Shown here one piece after another: positions 1 to 11,617 of a stretch of DNA of 64,000 nt. The notes beneath the pieces are model-generated. The model did not search any database. It saw only the letters and a program-made list of their open reading frames with translations, and was not told where the DNA came from. The stretch's first letter is position 1; each line of letters starts with the position of its first letter. The stretch lies in contig JAUCBJ010002579.1 in NCBI GenBank assembly GCA_032718475.1, positions 1 to 64,000 of the forward strand, written 5' to 3'. Source of the stretch: Nemertoderma westbladi (lineage: Eukaryota; Animalia; Xenacoelomorpha). Made by a program: the position numbers and the translations under genes.

Positions 1-1642
1 CGTAACAATCAGTGTTCAGTTGTTGTTTTATACTGCTATTTGCGGTCAGTTCTTCATAATATGGTTGATGAATTATTATATTTGGAATAACGATAAACAA
101 CCCCGAAACCCAATGTTCTTGATATACCGAAGGTAAGAGAGAAGGGTTACAGATAAACGATTGTGACTTATGTTAAAGTGGTTTGAAGTGAATCCAATGT
201 TATTTGATAGACCCTACATGAGTCAGCCTGTGTTCCTTTTATATGTGACTAAAATCAGTGAAGATTGGCAGATTAGTGTGCAGTATTGTGCAGCATTGTG
301 TATGAGTGAGTCTGTTAAAGAAGCAATTCCTAAAGAATGCGCCATATATGTGAATTATAATTAAGCCATATCGTTGTGAGTAGTTTAAGTCATAACTCTG
401 TTTATATAGATAAAGCGCCACGTCCTAAAGGAACTGTTAATATTACCGAAGGTGAATAATATTGTCAGAGATTATATAGTACTGTCAGTCGAATAATACA
501 TTAGGCTTACATAGCAATAAAATTAAACCGTCGAACCCAATCTCCCGGGAATATCCAGCGGGTGAATGGTCGCGCACGGATTGGTTTCGACTAGTGTAGT
601 GAATCAAATACTTGTCAAAGACTAAAAACTGATTTAATATCTAGAAGACATCTTAATTTGGTGGGTTAAACTGCCAAAGGTCTGAAAGCGCGAACAGTGT
701 GGCACTACAGTAGTTTGTTATACAGTAGGTACACCCCCCTCAAAATTTTTTACTAGCTAGTTTATGCTATTTCTTTTTATGAACATGTTCTAGAACATGT
801 TAGCTAATAAAAAAATATATATATATGTTCTAGAAAAAATATTTTTTGTTCTAGAACAATTTAAAAAAAATAAAAAAAATGTAATGTACTATTTTTGTTT
901 TTTAATAATGTTCTGGAACATGTTAGCTATTCAGAACTAGAAAAAAAGTTTAGAACAAATAGTTTTTGTTCTAGAACAGTTCAAAAAATATAAAATTTAT
1001 TTTTTTATTTTATTTAGAATTTGTTTATAGAATTTTTAATCGTTGCTGGCAAGATGGGTTTGGGAGGGGTTAGCTAGTATTTTTTAATAGCTAATTAAAA
1101 TTAAAAAAATCACTGTATTGAGGTCATTATATTCAGAAATTAATGATATGCTTAGAATGCGTATACTGTATAATATTTAATATTTAGCAGATAGCGGGTA
1201 ATATTTTCTGATCAAATCCAACAGAGCAGAAAATGGGTTTTCTTTGTATAGAAGCTTCCAACGAAACTCAGATAGTTGTTGGGCGAAACTAAAATCTTAG
1301 CTGTAGAAATTCGAATACTCTAGAAAATTCAATTTCCTTGACATTTAACCCTTTCCGCCCTATGGCATATTTGGTATGCCTTGCGTTAAGGCACTGTGAC
1401 ATACTTGGTATGTCAAATTCTGTACTTTATTCTACTAACGCCTCAGGATATCAGTGCAGTCCTAGGACAGTTTTCCATGGCTCCAGTGCCCTATGTTGAC
1501 CATATGTAGGCGGGAAATTTGAATTTATAGGAACTGTATATCAAATGTTTGATGTAGGTTAATAATAAGTAGGTACCGGTCTGCCGGTACCTGCTATTGT
1601 ACTTGTAGTAGTAACTGCTATGTACAACCTCGCTGTATAATC

Positions 1643-2371
1643 ATGGATAAGAGTTACCCTAAACGTCAGATACGTCCACTGAAGATATCTGGAGGGAATA
1701 ATTCCGGACTTTTAAACAGCAATAATACCGGTACCGGTGCGACGGTTGGAAGGAGATCAAAGTCAACGAGGATGAAGTCGACGGCGTTAATTATACGTTT
1801 AGAGGAGGAAATCTACCGCCGAGCGGATGGAATGGAATCGATACATACGATGTAGACATGGGTGGTTATGTGGACCTATATATAACAGATTATTTAGTTG
1901 ACCTGCTTTGTAAATGTACGAATGATAAAATAAAGGCGACGGAAAGTAAACCCGATGATCCACAGCCAAGCACAAGTGGAGGGTCTGATGTTCGAAAGAT
2001 CAAAGATGTTACACAACTAGAAATAAAAGCCTTTCTTGGTTTGACTATTCTAATAGCATGTGCAAGGAAGAATAAAATTCGTGATTACTGGAGGGTTTGC
2101 ATCACCAATTGCCACCCCGTATTTTTATTCGGTCATGAGTCGGGATAGGTATCTACAGATATTAAAATTTCTCACGTTTTCTGACCCAAATAAGGTATAT
2201 AAGCATGATCGATCCACACGTCTCCATGACTTTTTGGAATTACTACATGACATTCTGAAAATCTATATACCAGAAGTGGAGCTTTCATTGGATGAATCAT
2301 TATTATTATTCAAAGGACGATTGGGATTCAAACAGTTTATTCGCACTAAACGTTCATATATATATAAATAA
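1643..2371 (+). pseudogene. piggyBac (PGBD-type) transposase fragments, frameshifted and truncated
   Basis: Fragments VTQLEIKAFLGL..IRDYW, MSRDRYLQILKFLTFSD and LSLDESLLLFKGRLGFKQFIRTKR (first catalytic Asp region) lie in different frames. The coding sequence runs into a TA-rich repeat. Confidence 0.88.
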
Positions 2372-2590
2372 TATATATATATATATATCGGTTATATTGT
2401 ATATCGTGTATCTGTATGTATATACTGTATATTGTGTATCGGTTATGTTATATTTATCTTGTAATATACATTATACATACAGATACACGATATACAATAT
2501 AACCGATATATATATATATTGGTTATATTGTATATCGTGTATCTGTATGTATATATATTGTGTATCTGTTATGTTATATTTATCTTGTCA
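2355..2590. repeat. TA-rich low-complexity repeat with duplicated ~50-bp units
   Basis: (TA)n runs and a repeated GGTTATATTGTATATCGTGTATCTGTATGTATAT block replace the C-terminal half of the transposase. Confidence 0.75.
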
Positions 2591-3460
2591 AATATCGAGA
2601 ACTGTATGACATACTAAATATGTCAATTATATGCACTGTCATGACATACCAGGTATGCCATGTCTTAACATACCTGGTATGTCATTACGCAATCACAGAA
2701 TGCCCTATGACGTTTTTTTGGGTCTCCCACATCTCTAGATGCATGAAACCGAAATACTGAAGCAATTTAAAGAGGGTTGTAAGCATTTCAAATCGGCTCA
2801 AACTTCCCAGTGCTTTCGCAGGACACTTTTATTCTGCTACAGGACGGAAAGGGTTAATAAAACATACCGGTACTGTAACTAACCAAAAATAAAATTTGTA
2901 AGCTTTTTTAAAAATTTTTCTAGACCAAAAAATATTTGTTCTTTAGAACATTTTTTTTTTCAAATGTATCTCATGTTCTAGAAAATTTCCTAAAAGTAAA
3001 TACCCAAAACTAGCGAGTAAAAAAAATTTGAGGGGGGGTGTAACACACTTGTACCGTTGGTGGTACTACTGTAGCTAGCCATACATACAATAATTCAGAA
3101 GATTTTAACTTTTTATTCTAGAAAACCCAACATTGTTGTATTTCCGTCGCAACACTTTAGGTTTTTAGTTAGTTTTTATAATTAAAAGATGTTAGCACTG
3201 TAGGCCCTCTACATGACCTACCTGAATAACCCTTTACCGGTATTTAATAAAACTTTACATACAGTAGCTAGTCCATTATAAGTTATTGCACAAAAAAAAT
3301 ATGGCTAGAGTTCCGTTTATATTAACATTTTCAGTAAATGTTTTTGATGCATTGTACACATTTTTTATTGATAATTATTTATTTGAATGAATACTTTATC
3401 TTGGCAGGCCTAGCTAGTGAATTTAATGATAGCTACTGTAACATACAAGTCATACCTGAT

Positions 3461-3887
3461 CAGTGGCATATTTAGAAAACTGACGGGGGGGGGGGGGGGG
3501 GGGGGGGCATGAAAATCTATTTGATTAATATATTTAATATATTAGCCACAATTAATATATTAATTAAAATTACGATACATTATTTATTCAAGTTTATAAG
3601 ATATAATATTATTATTATTATACATTATTATTATCGCTCTGCTTGAACGGCACCGCTAATGACCATTCTTTGTACTACTGTATACTGTTTTGTGTAGCTT
3701 GTACAAACAATGGGACTTCCTAGTAATCTCAACAGCCTAAATAAAGGATGTGGTTGATATTGCCCTGGCTTTGGATTCCCGGCCTGCCCCACCTGTGCCG
3801 TGGCTGCGCCCATGTTGTGAGGAGGGGGGGGGGGGGGGGGGGGCATGACTCAATTCCCCCCCCCCCCCCCCCCTAAATCCGCCACTG
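3461..3887. mobile_element. hAT-like MITE
   Basis: Termini CAGTGGC...GCCACTG with subterminal poly-G/poly-C. The 8-bp flanks TACCTGAT (3453-3460) and CACCTGAT (3888-3895) match at 7 of 8 positions. Confidence 0.75.
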
Positions 3888-4762
3888 CACCTGATACAGC
3901 AATAATTACCGGTACAATAAATAATTTTGCAACACTTAAAAAAGGCGGCCGCTTTTAACATTCTAACGAATTTAGTATCAGGGTCATGACCATGTTCATT
4001 AATGCAAATTTTATTGTTAAAATTTTCATTATCTACCGCTCAGTCAATGGTCTAGCGGTAAATAAGATTTTCATTATTTACCTATAGAGATAAATGAGGA
4101 TTAATTGCTCTAATCAGTCAACTTTGTGCAGTAATAAATACTATTCTGGAGCATTGCATTTACGTATTTAATGAGTTGATTAATATTTATTAATAATCTT
4201 CAAATAAATAATATGTTCCAGAATATTGTGTATTTATTAAATATAATAATTGGCCTGCCTGCAGGCTGTAACGGATGCAAATACCTGCACTATCTCAGCT
4301 TTTTCTCAAATATATTTCAGCAATATCGCAGCTATTTCTCAACGACATTAATAGTTATTTACAAATTTGGAATCCTTGCAACAACACCTTTCCATTGGTT
4401 GGTATCTACAAATCACAAGGAAGGACGAAGAATAATTGCAGAGCGACAGGTACAATTTTAATTTCTTATTAAACAATAATATCTTTTAAAAATTATAATA
4501 ATAAAGATGATTTTAACAATAAAATTACATATTGTACGAGAAATAATACTATATTTACCTTTTCGCCCCTCGCTGATTTATTTATACAGATCTATTATAC
4601 AGTACAAATCTCGGGACGAACGGTAAATAAAGAATATTTTATTTACTGTACAATAAATAAAGGGTAGTTATTATTTAAATAAATTCTTTAATGTATTATA
4701 TGTAATTTATCTTTGGTTGTTACTCAAAGCCGCGAAGGATTAAACACGATTCACGGACATAA

Positions 4763-5207
4763 TTACTTTGGGGACCGTCCCCTTGAAACACTTTTATACA
4801 CACCGCTTATTTTATGAAACACTTTTTACAATTTTTTTTATAAACATTTTTTTTTCATAAAAAAGTAGCCTATCACACGTCATAAACCAATTGAGGGGAA
4901 GGAGCAGGTTACAGGGGCCGGGTTTTCTATCCAAAACAATAAACGGCTACTGTACTTTACCAATTGAGGGAAAGGAGCAGGTTACAGTGGCGGGATTTTC
5001 TTACCAAAACAATAAACGATCGCTTTACCAATTGAGGGAAACCATAGGGCCTATGGTCAGACAGCCAGTTAGTCACTCTATAAGTCACACTATAACCAAA
5101 AAAATCAGGCAGGCAAGCAATACGTACCAGTACGCAGCTGTAGAATGATAATTCAGCAATTACTGTAGAAACGGTTTCAAGGGACGGTCTAACGGTCCCC
5201 AAAGTAA
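4763..5207. mobile_element. Small TIR element carrying ~65-bp internal tandem units
   Basis: Inverted ends TTACTTTGGGGACCGTCCCCTTGAAAC and GTTTCAAGGGACGGT..ACGGTCCCCAAAGTAA. The internal unit CCAATTGAGGGAAAGGAGCAGGTTACAG...CCAAAACAATAAACG recurs at about 23030-23140, 23490, 29335-29540 and 29770. Confidence 0.6.
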
Positions 5208-5577
5208 CAATCCCCCGATTCACAGACTGACAGATACACTTCGCTGCTTCGCCACTTCGCTACTTCGCTCCTTCGGCGGTGACAGGGCGCAGGGCGGTGG
5301 TTTTGTGTCAAATTTTGACAGACAGACAGAGATAAAGTTTCACCGCGTTTTCACAGCGCTGTACTGCTGTACTGCTGTACAGCTGTATACAGTAGGTACC
5401 TGTCAGCCTGTATTACCAGATTACGTTGTACCGTAGGGTACCTGTAATTCTGTAATTGGCTGCTTGGTACTGATTTTGGATTTTGGGCTTAACCCCAGAA
5501 CCAAAACGCTCTGAATTCTGAATCTCTGATTGACAAGCCCAGCATTGCAATCTCAGAGCGCTGTCACTGCGTCGCGT

Positions 5578-7834
5578 CCAGGCTACAAACCACCACTGAA
5601 CCGCGCACAACGCCTGCGCACAATTTCTCACCCACGCAATATTGGACAATATACCGCGCATGCACCGAAAAACACGCGCACACCTCATTTTAACAAAAAA
5701 AAAAACGAAAAACTAACGCGAGCGAAGCGAGCCAAATGTTTTCATTAACAATGCAAAATGTAAAAGATACGCGAGCAAAACTTAAAGTGAGCGAAATTTA
5801 GACATTTGAGAAATCTGACAATGCAAAATATGAAAATGCAAAGAAACGCGAGCGAAGCGAGCGAAATTTTTTGTGGCAAATTATTTTTCTTACTTTGCAT
5901 GGATGAACAGCCATTCCAAGCAAAAGTAAACCTTTTGGTAAAAAATGAAAGTACTTAGAAATGCATTTATTTTGTATTGAGTGTGTAGCACACATATTGT
6001 GCTTCATAAAACTGTTTTCAAATATTCCATAATCCTCGCCAATTTTTTTTTACAGCCTCCTCAAAATGTGATTTAAAAAATGCCAAAAATTCAACATTTT
6101 TGGCATTTATTACATACAAACTAAAATGGCATGATCATTACCAAACTGACAATGTCATATGTTTTTCAGAATCTTATATCTATGTAGTATTTAGCCATGT
6201 CGGTTAAATAATGTACAACTAATAAATATTTTTCTAATAGCATTGTAATGAGTGGATGGAAAATATGTCACGACCGTTACGCTGAAGAACAAGTTTTTCC
6301 ATTATCTCCAGATCCCCGGCAGTAATGGTTATAATCTTTTATATCTATCGTTAGGTGGTTCGTATCAATTGTTTGAGTCATATGGTTTAACTTGACTATA
6401 TGTTCCAGTTGTAGTAATCAGCGTAACGGTCGTGACATTAACATGTGGGAAATGGGAATATTAGCATAGCATGTATAATTCAAGGAACGAAAGGTCGTCT
6501 TTTTTACTCTCCATTATTTAGATTACATTTTGGAATATGATTCCACACAAAGTGATAATTGTAATATTGGGTGTACAAAGGTTTCTTCTTAACCTATAAT
6601 GTGCCATAACAGCACTTATGAGTATGACTGTAACGGTTGTGACACAAACCTTAGGAATCATTATTATACAGTATAAATTAATTTGTATCATTTATGATAC
6701 CACTGCTGCAGTGGGATGTAATTATAATTGTACTGTAATCAGGTAGTACACATACTGACATAATAACCAAAACATCAGTACAATACTTCATAGAACAGTA
6801 GAACGTATGTATGCTTTGCAATAAGCACCATTCCTACAATTCTACTTGTTTCAACTAATTTTAAAAATGCTGGTTACTTGCACTTTTCATTTTAGCACCA
6901 AAAATGGTAGGTCAGTAGGTGCGTTCAACTGCGGAATTTAAAAAGCCTTCCATTGAAATCGGCGTACCAGAAAACCGATATGTAATTGAAATAAATACCA
7001 TTCCTAGAATTCTTATTGTTTTCACTAATTTGAAAAAAGCTGGTTACTTGCATTTTTCATTTTAGCACCAAAAATGGTAGATGTGTTCAATTGCGGAATG
7101 TAAAAAGCCTTCCATTAAAATCAGCGTACAAGAAAACCTGCCTGAAATCGATATCAATACCTAACTCTAATACCTTACCATTTTTTGAAATTCAGATTTA
7201 TGTGAAAATCGATAATGTCACAACCGTTACGAAACTATGTCACGACCGTTACGCTGGTTAATTGATTGCCACATTCTCTAATGATACTATATTGCCATAC
7301 TGTTAATTTTATTTTAAACTCTATCTATTAGCATGATAGTCTGACATAAGTAACGCTAAATAAATACAGTAAATTCGATAGAAATTTATAATGTGTAGGA
7401 GTCTCTAAAAAGCTTGTCCATTTCAGTCACGACCGTTACGCCAACTTTAAACTGGAATACAATCAATAAAACGTAATGTATTCCAGTGCGGTTTCGATTT
7501 TATTAAAGGTCCATATCTTAGGATCATATCATAGTAATATCTTTTCAATATCATTCTTCCATGTGCCCTTAAAATACTCATTAATACCGGAAACCCATGC
7601 GGAATGTCACGACCGTTACGCTGGAATGGCTGTGAAAAACTTTTTTACACCTCATCCGCCTGTCCCAGTGTCCGCGCACTTTGACTTTTGATATTTTGCA
7701 CAGATTACTGCGCACTTTTATTGTCTTTCACATAATTTCGCGCACTTTTATTTCAATTCCGCGCGCTTTTACCGCGCACTATTTCAAATACGCGCACAAC
7801 GCGTTGCGATTTTTGCACTTCATTTGCAGCCTGG
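5578..7834. mobile_element. Non-autonomous DNA transposon with CCAGG termini and 8-bp TSD (superfamily unassigned)
   Basis: Ends CCAGGCTACAAA / TTTGCAGCCTGG. Flanks CGTCGCGT (5570-5577) and CGTCGCAT (7835-7842). Subterminal CGCGCAC repeats and GCGAGCGAAGCGAGC motifs. Confidence 0.7.
5908..7632. mobile_element. Nested non-autonomous element with 4-bp TGAA TSD
   Basis: TGAA|CAGCCATTCCA ... TGGAATGGCTG|TGAA. About seven copies of GTCACGACCGTTACG occur in both orientations, plus an internal ~170-bp tandem duplication (6830-7140). Confidence 0.7.
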
Positions 7835-7942
7835 CGTCGCATAGCTGCATAGTGTATCTGTGAACCGGCAGACCGGGCTTTACTGTATTATCAATTAGGC
7901 ATACTTTCCGTTAACCGTCTGACCGTTGACCATTTCATATAA

Positions 7943-8539
7943 ATGTCTGTCCTCGATTTCGCGAGCGCTCCGAACTTACCAAAATCAGTTCCGATCATCA
8001 ACCGCTTCGAACCATCGAGACTAAATAAACTAATTCAGCGAGTTTGTCAGGCCGTGTCGGAACGTAAGGACCACGTCTTTACAGCAGACGAGACAAGTAA
8101 ACTCGGCGCAGCTCTGGAACTGAGTGAAGACGAGGTTAGAATACTACTGGCCTCGCTGCGTTACATTATAGAGCGGTCTGCCTTCCACATAGTAAAACCA
8201 AAAACTCTATGCGAAGAACTCAGTAAGTTGGGATTGGACGAAGACAAAGTTGTGGTTATATCAGAAGCTTGGAAAGATTCCGCTAAAGGCATAGTAGAAG
8301 TTCTGCGGAAAGAAACTTCGGTTCCTAAAGTCCTCGAATCTGTCAATTCTTCGCTTTCGGTTACCGCAGCCCAGAGCTGCGCTCAACAGGCCAACGAACC
8401 GCGAGCGCTTATCGAACTCGGAATAAAAGATAATCTCGGCGAAACTGATAAACTTCTACTCGAGTTTAACACGGATGAGTTGTACTCGTTCTATGCGAAA
8501 CTCGAGATTATACAGAGCCAGTTGGACGGGTTACAGTGA
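7943..8539 (+). CDS. COMMD10: COMM domain-containing protein 10 (CCC/Commander complex subunit), 198 aa, intronless ORF
   Basis: Colinear over its full length with vertebrate COMMD10 as recalled: F..E..KL.AAL.L, YIIERSAFHIVKP..L.EEL..LGLDEDK..AW, and the C-terminal COMM domain KLLLEFNTDELYSFYAKLEIIQSQLDGL. Confidence 0.93.
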   Translation: MSVLDFASAPNLPKSVPIINRFEPSRLNKLIQRVCQAVSERKDHVFTADETSKLGAALELSEDEVRILLASLRYIIERSAFHIVKPKTLCEELSKLGLDEDKVVVISEAWKDSAKGIVEVLRKETSVPKVLESVNSSLSVTAAQSCAQQANEPRALIELGIKDNLGETDKLLLEFNTDELYSFYAKLEIIQSQLDGLQ

Positions 8540-8547
8540 AGCGCGAA

Positions 8548-9279
8548 ATGGAGGTGAAGAAATATGAGAGTGTTCTAGAACGCTGTGGAGTTTCGGGGTT
8601 ACTAGAAGGCGGGTTTAACTCGGTGCTTCACAACCATCCGGACGACCCGATTGGTTACCTAGCAACCTACTTCGATACGGTGGCGAGGCCGCGTGCCGAC
8701 CCACTCGCCAACGCCGTCGCTCTACTCAACTCCACCTCGATTCGCGATATGCCGTCGTTCGAATTGAACCTACACGAGTGTTTCAGAGAGTTAACTCATC
8801 AGCCAATCAACGGGTCGCATCAATCCTCTCAACCAATCAGCTCGTTGGGTTTACCCGGGCTTCTCTTCGCCTCCTTACTGCGGCGTCTACTAGCCGATGT
8901 GGCTTCCGTATTCTCCGGGAAACTTCTGCGGTCTCTGAACCTCCGGGATTGGCAACCAGTCTCCTATATGTTGTTCCGGCACGGGGTTGTATCGAGTTTA
9001 CTGTTGGTCGAGTACGTGGATCGTTGCCGGGAGATACACACGGGGGTTAGCGGAGCTGAAGGCGGTGCTAGTAGGGGCGTTCTAGAACGGATTATTAACG
9101 AGTTCGCTATTGCCGTGTCGTACCGAGGGTCTCTCGCCGAGCTGCATTCGATGCAATCCTTAGATCGCCACCGGATTGGGTCTCTGATGTCCGCCGGTGT
9201 CGAGGAAACCTCACCCAATATGGACTTTGTTGAATTTACTTCCAGATTAATTGACGTTTTGCTTAATAAGAATAAATGA
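8548..9279 (+). CDS. TPGS1: Tubulin polyglutamylase complex subunit 1 (PGs1), 243 aa from the ATG, intronless ORF
   Basis: N-terminal RIIa/Dpy-30-like docking motif LERCGVSGLL..VLHNHPDDPIGYLATYF, then GLPGLLFASLLRRL, VSYMLFRHGVVSSLLLVEYV and a C-terminal MDFVEF, matching TPGS1 blocks in order. ATG 8548 is preferred over the GTG at 8536. Confidence 0.85.
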   Translation: MEVKKYESVLERCGVSGLLEGGFNSVLHNHPDDPIGYLATYFDTVARPRADPLANAVALLNSTSIRDMPSFELNLHECFRELTHQPINGSHQSSQPISSLGLPGLLFASLLRRLLADVASVFSGKLLRSLNLRDWQPVSYMLFRHGVVSSLLLVEYVDRCREIHTGVSGAEGGASRGVLERIINEFAIAVSYRGSLAELHSMQSLDRHRIGSLMSAGVEETSPNMDFVEFTSRLIDVLLNKNK

Positions 9280-10111
9280 TTCCATTCCTACCGCTCTATA
9301 TACTAAACAGTGCGGAAAATAATCGGTTTTCACTAAATCTTAACAGGAAAATAACTAAAATATTACCTTTCCACTAAATATATTAAGCATCACTAAAAAA
9401 TCTATATTTTATAACAAAATAAGGGAAATGAGCGGAGAAGGTTATAGTGGCACGTTAATCTAATCAAAACAATAAAGAAACGAGAACAAATTCAATAGAA
9501 CAGATTAGTACTGTGATTTTTATGATAAAAAAATATTTTAGTGATAATTAATATATGTTAGTGGAGGAATATATGTATTTTGTTGAAACAAAATAGAGAA
9601 ACAACATTTAATTTAGTGGAAAAATAAATTGTTTCGGTCGCCACAAGACATACTAAAGCTTAACAAATAGTGGCCAATAAAATTAATGAGTTTTTTATTA
9701 TTATGTGCGAATGCGATATTTCAATTTAATTGATTCAATAGATTATTTTGCTTACTTTTTTGTATTTTTAATTATATGATTATTACAATAATAATTAATT
9801 ACACAATTATAAGATAATATAATATTATGAATCCATTCCTTGGCCCAAAAAAACAGTAATAATTAGTTTGGGAATACTTTGGTCTGCTTTTAATATTACG
9901 ATGTGGTACTAATGTGGGTAAATTGTACTCATTTACATAGGGAACCCAGATAGTTGCAGACTTTCGCCGCAATCGAAATTATTTCCATCTCCAGGGGGGG
10001 GGGGGGGGGGGGGGGGAATCGACGCAAATAACAGCGGTTTACTCTTAGAAATAAAACTGTATAAAACTGATTTCCAGTGCAGTCCCCCCAGAACTTTGCT
10101 CTCCAGAGTAA

Positions 10112-10284
10112 ACTCCAGTACTCATTTATCTACCACTTGAGGATGCAAGGCAGAGATGCGCCCTGGCTGGTCCCTTCAAAGCATTCGTGCCGAAACGAAT
10201 AATACTACCCTGGCGCATGCGAGGATCGAACCCACGACCTCCAAGAGATGTGAATTCAATGCGACCACTACGACCACGCCAAGG
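10112..10284 (-). mobile_element. tRNA-derived SINE, copy 1
   Basis: The minus strand shows an A-box-like TGGTCGTAGTGG and a B-box GGTTCGATCC, followed by a non-tRNA body (TCTCTGCCTTGCATCC...AAATGAGTACTGG). A second copy lies at about 30164-30330. Confidence 0.75.
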
Positions 10285-11617
10285 TGGGGCCACCAAGATG
10301 GGATTTGCGTTAAGCCCCCCCCCCCCCCCCCCCCCGTGTCACAGATTTTTTACTATTTTTTTTATTTCCTCTGGATTGAAGTTGAAGCCGTGAAAAATTA
10401 ATCTTCTCAAACACACGAATAAATAAAATAATAGTGGATAAACCCAATACCACCGGTACTTTACCAGAAAAATAATGTCCAACCATGACCTACTATAGAT
10501 ACGACCCGCCAAGCTGCTGCAAAGCCCCTTAATTTAGTGGGCCAGTTATTTCTCTTAGATAGAACCCCTGAAACAATCGGTCTAGTGTGTCGATGTCGAA
10601 TGTACTTGTCCCTAAGACCCTAACTAAAATTATGTCATACAAATTTAAAGAGCTGCCGTTCAATGTGAAAAGACCACACCACAAGTCACAAAAAGTCATT
10701 TCGAGTAAAACGCAAATTACTGTTTGCCATCATATTGTTGGTATAAAATGTCCGTAAATTACTAGTTTTTTTTTATAACGCTACGCAATTTTACTACCTG
10801 ACTATTTTTCACTTTCCATTAATATTTTTACATCAGGATTATTTTTTGTAGTTTTGTGTTTTTGCCTTGTACTGTACAACCTGTATGTAATTACATTCGA
10901 TACAATGCAAAAACAAATGTCACAATGACAAAACAACGCAAGTCTATCAGTTGCGGTGTTTTTGCATTGTGTAAATTTAATGCACTCATTAAAGCAGGGG
11001 GGGGGGGGGGGTGCAACACCCCCCCTGTGTTTTTTTAAATTTGTAAATAACTTGGAAGAGGTTGCATAAACAAAAAAAACTTGGGAACGGGGAAATATTA
11101 TGAAATAGAAAAAAACTGCCCGAAATTTATCGAAGCTTAAGAAATTACCAATCCATATGGAGCGAAAATAATAAAAAACGGGTTAAGAATTGGCAGAGTA
11201 GTGTTCGTTTGCGTGAAAAATTATCTTTTCAAGAAAATTGTCTTCAAAGTTTAAATCTTCCCGCTCAAAACTGTCCGTATGGGGTCTGGTTGGTTAATAA
11301 GTCTGGCATGAAGGAAGTCCACCACAGAGCTATACTTTTCGTTATGGCGGTTTACGAAGTCCGTGATTTAATTTCCCTGCCTATTGGTCTGGCTCTGGCT
11401 GTCTGTCTAAACTTACATTTTGACGGTCTGACCGGTAGACATGGAGAGACAGTGATAACTCGAAAACTAAATGCGATCTCGCTTAGAGCACTTAAAGAAG
11501 GAATTATCATACTAAACAGTTAGGGTAGAGTTGGTTCACCTCATGTGACTAATGGAATTATTAACAACCTGTTAAATTACTTAAGCTTTCTCCCATCAGG
11601 GTTTCTTCAGGTAATTA

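Larger units (their letters stand above)
1349..2853 (+). mobile_element. Internally deleted piggyBac transposon
   Basis: TTAA at 1345-1348 and 2854-2857. TIRs CCCTTTCCGCCCT / AGGACGGAAAGGG match at 12 of 13 positions. Internal transposase remnants are present. Confidence 0.92.
732..3040. mobile_element. Non-autonomous TIR element (MITE/foldback) with TA target duplication; hosts the piggyBac insertion
   Basis: Left end TA|CACCCCCCTCAAAATTTTTTACTAGCTAG and right end CTAGCGAGTAAAAAAAATTTGAGGGGGGGTG|TA. Imperfect inverted similarity continues for about 150 bp (TTCTAGAA-rich units at 770-870 vs 2900-3000). A TA TSD is typical of Tc1/mariner-type elements. Confidence 0.7.

Noticed and set aside
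1-700. Short ORFs and a repeated TACCGAAGGT motif
   Set aside because: No protein motifs and no definable element boundaries within the window.
8536-8539. GTGA start/stop overlap suggesting a bacterial operon or horizontal transfer
   Set aside because: Both proteins are eukaryote-specific, there is no Shine-Dalgarno context, and an in-frame ATG in strong Kozak context lies 12 nt downstream.
10200-10284. Possible tRNA gene
   Set aside because: A and B boxes are present but I cannot form a convincing cloverleaf, and the sequence continues into a body shared with the copy at 30164-30330, so it is a SINE head.
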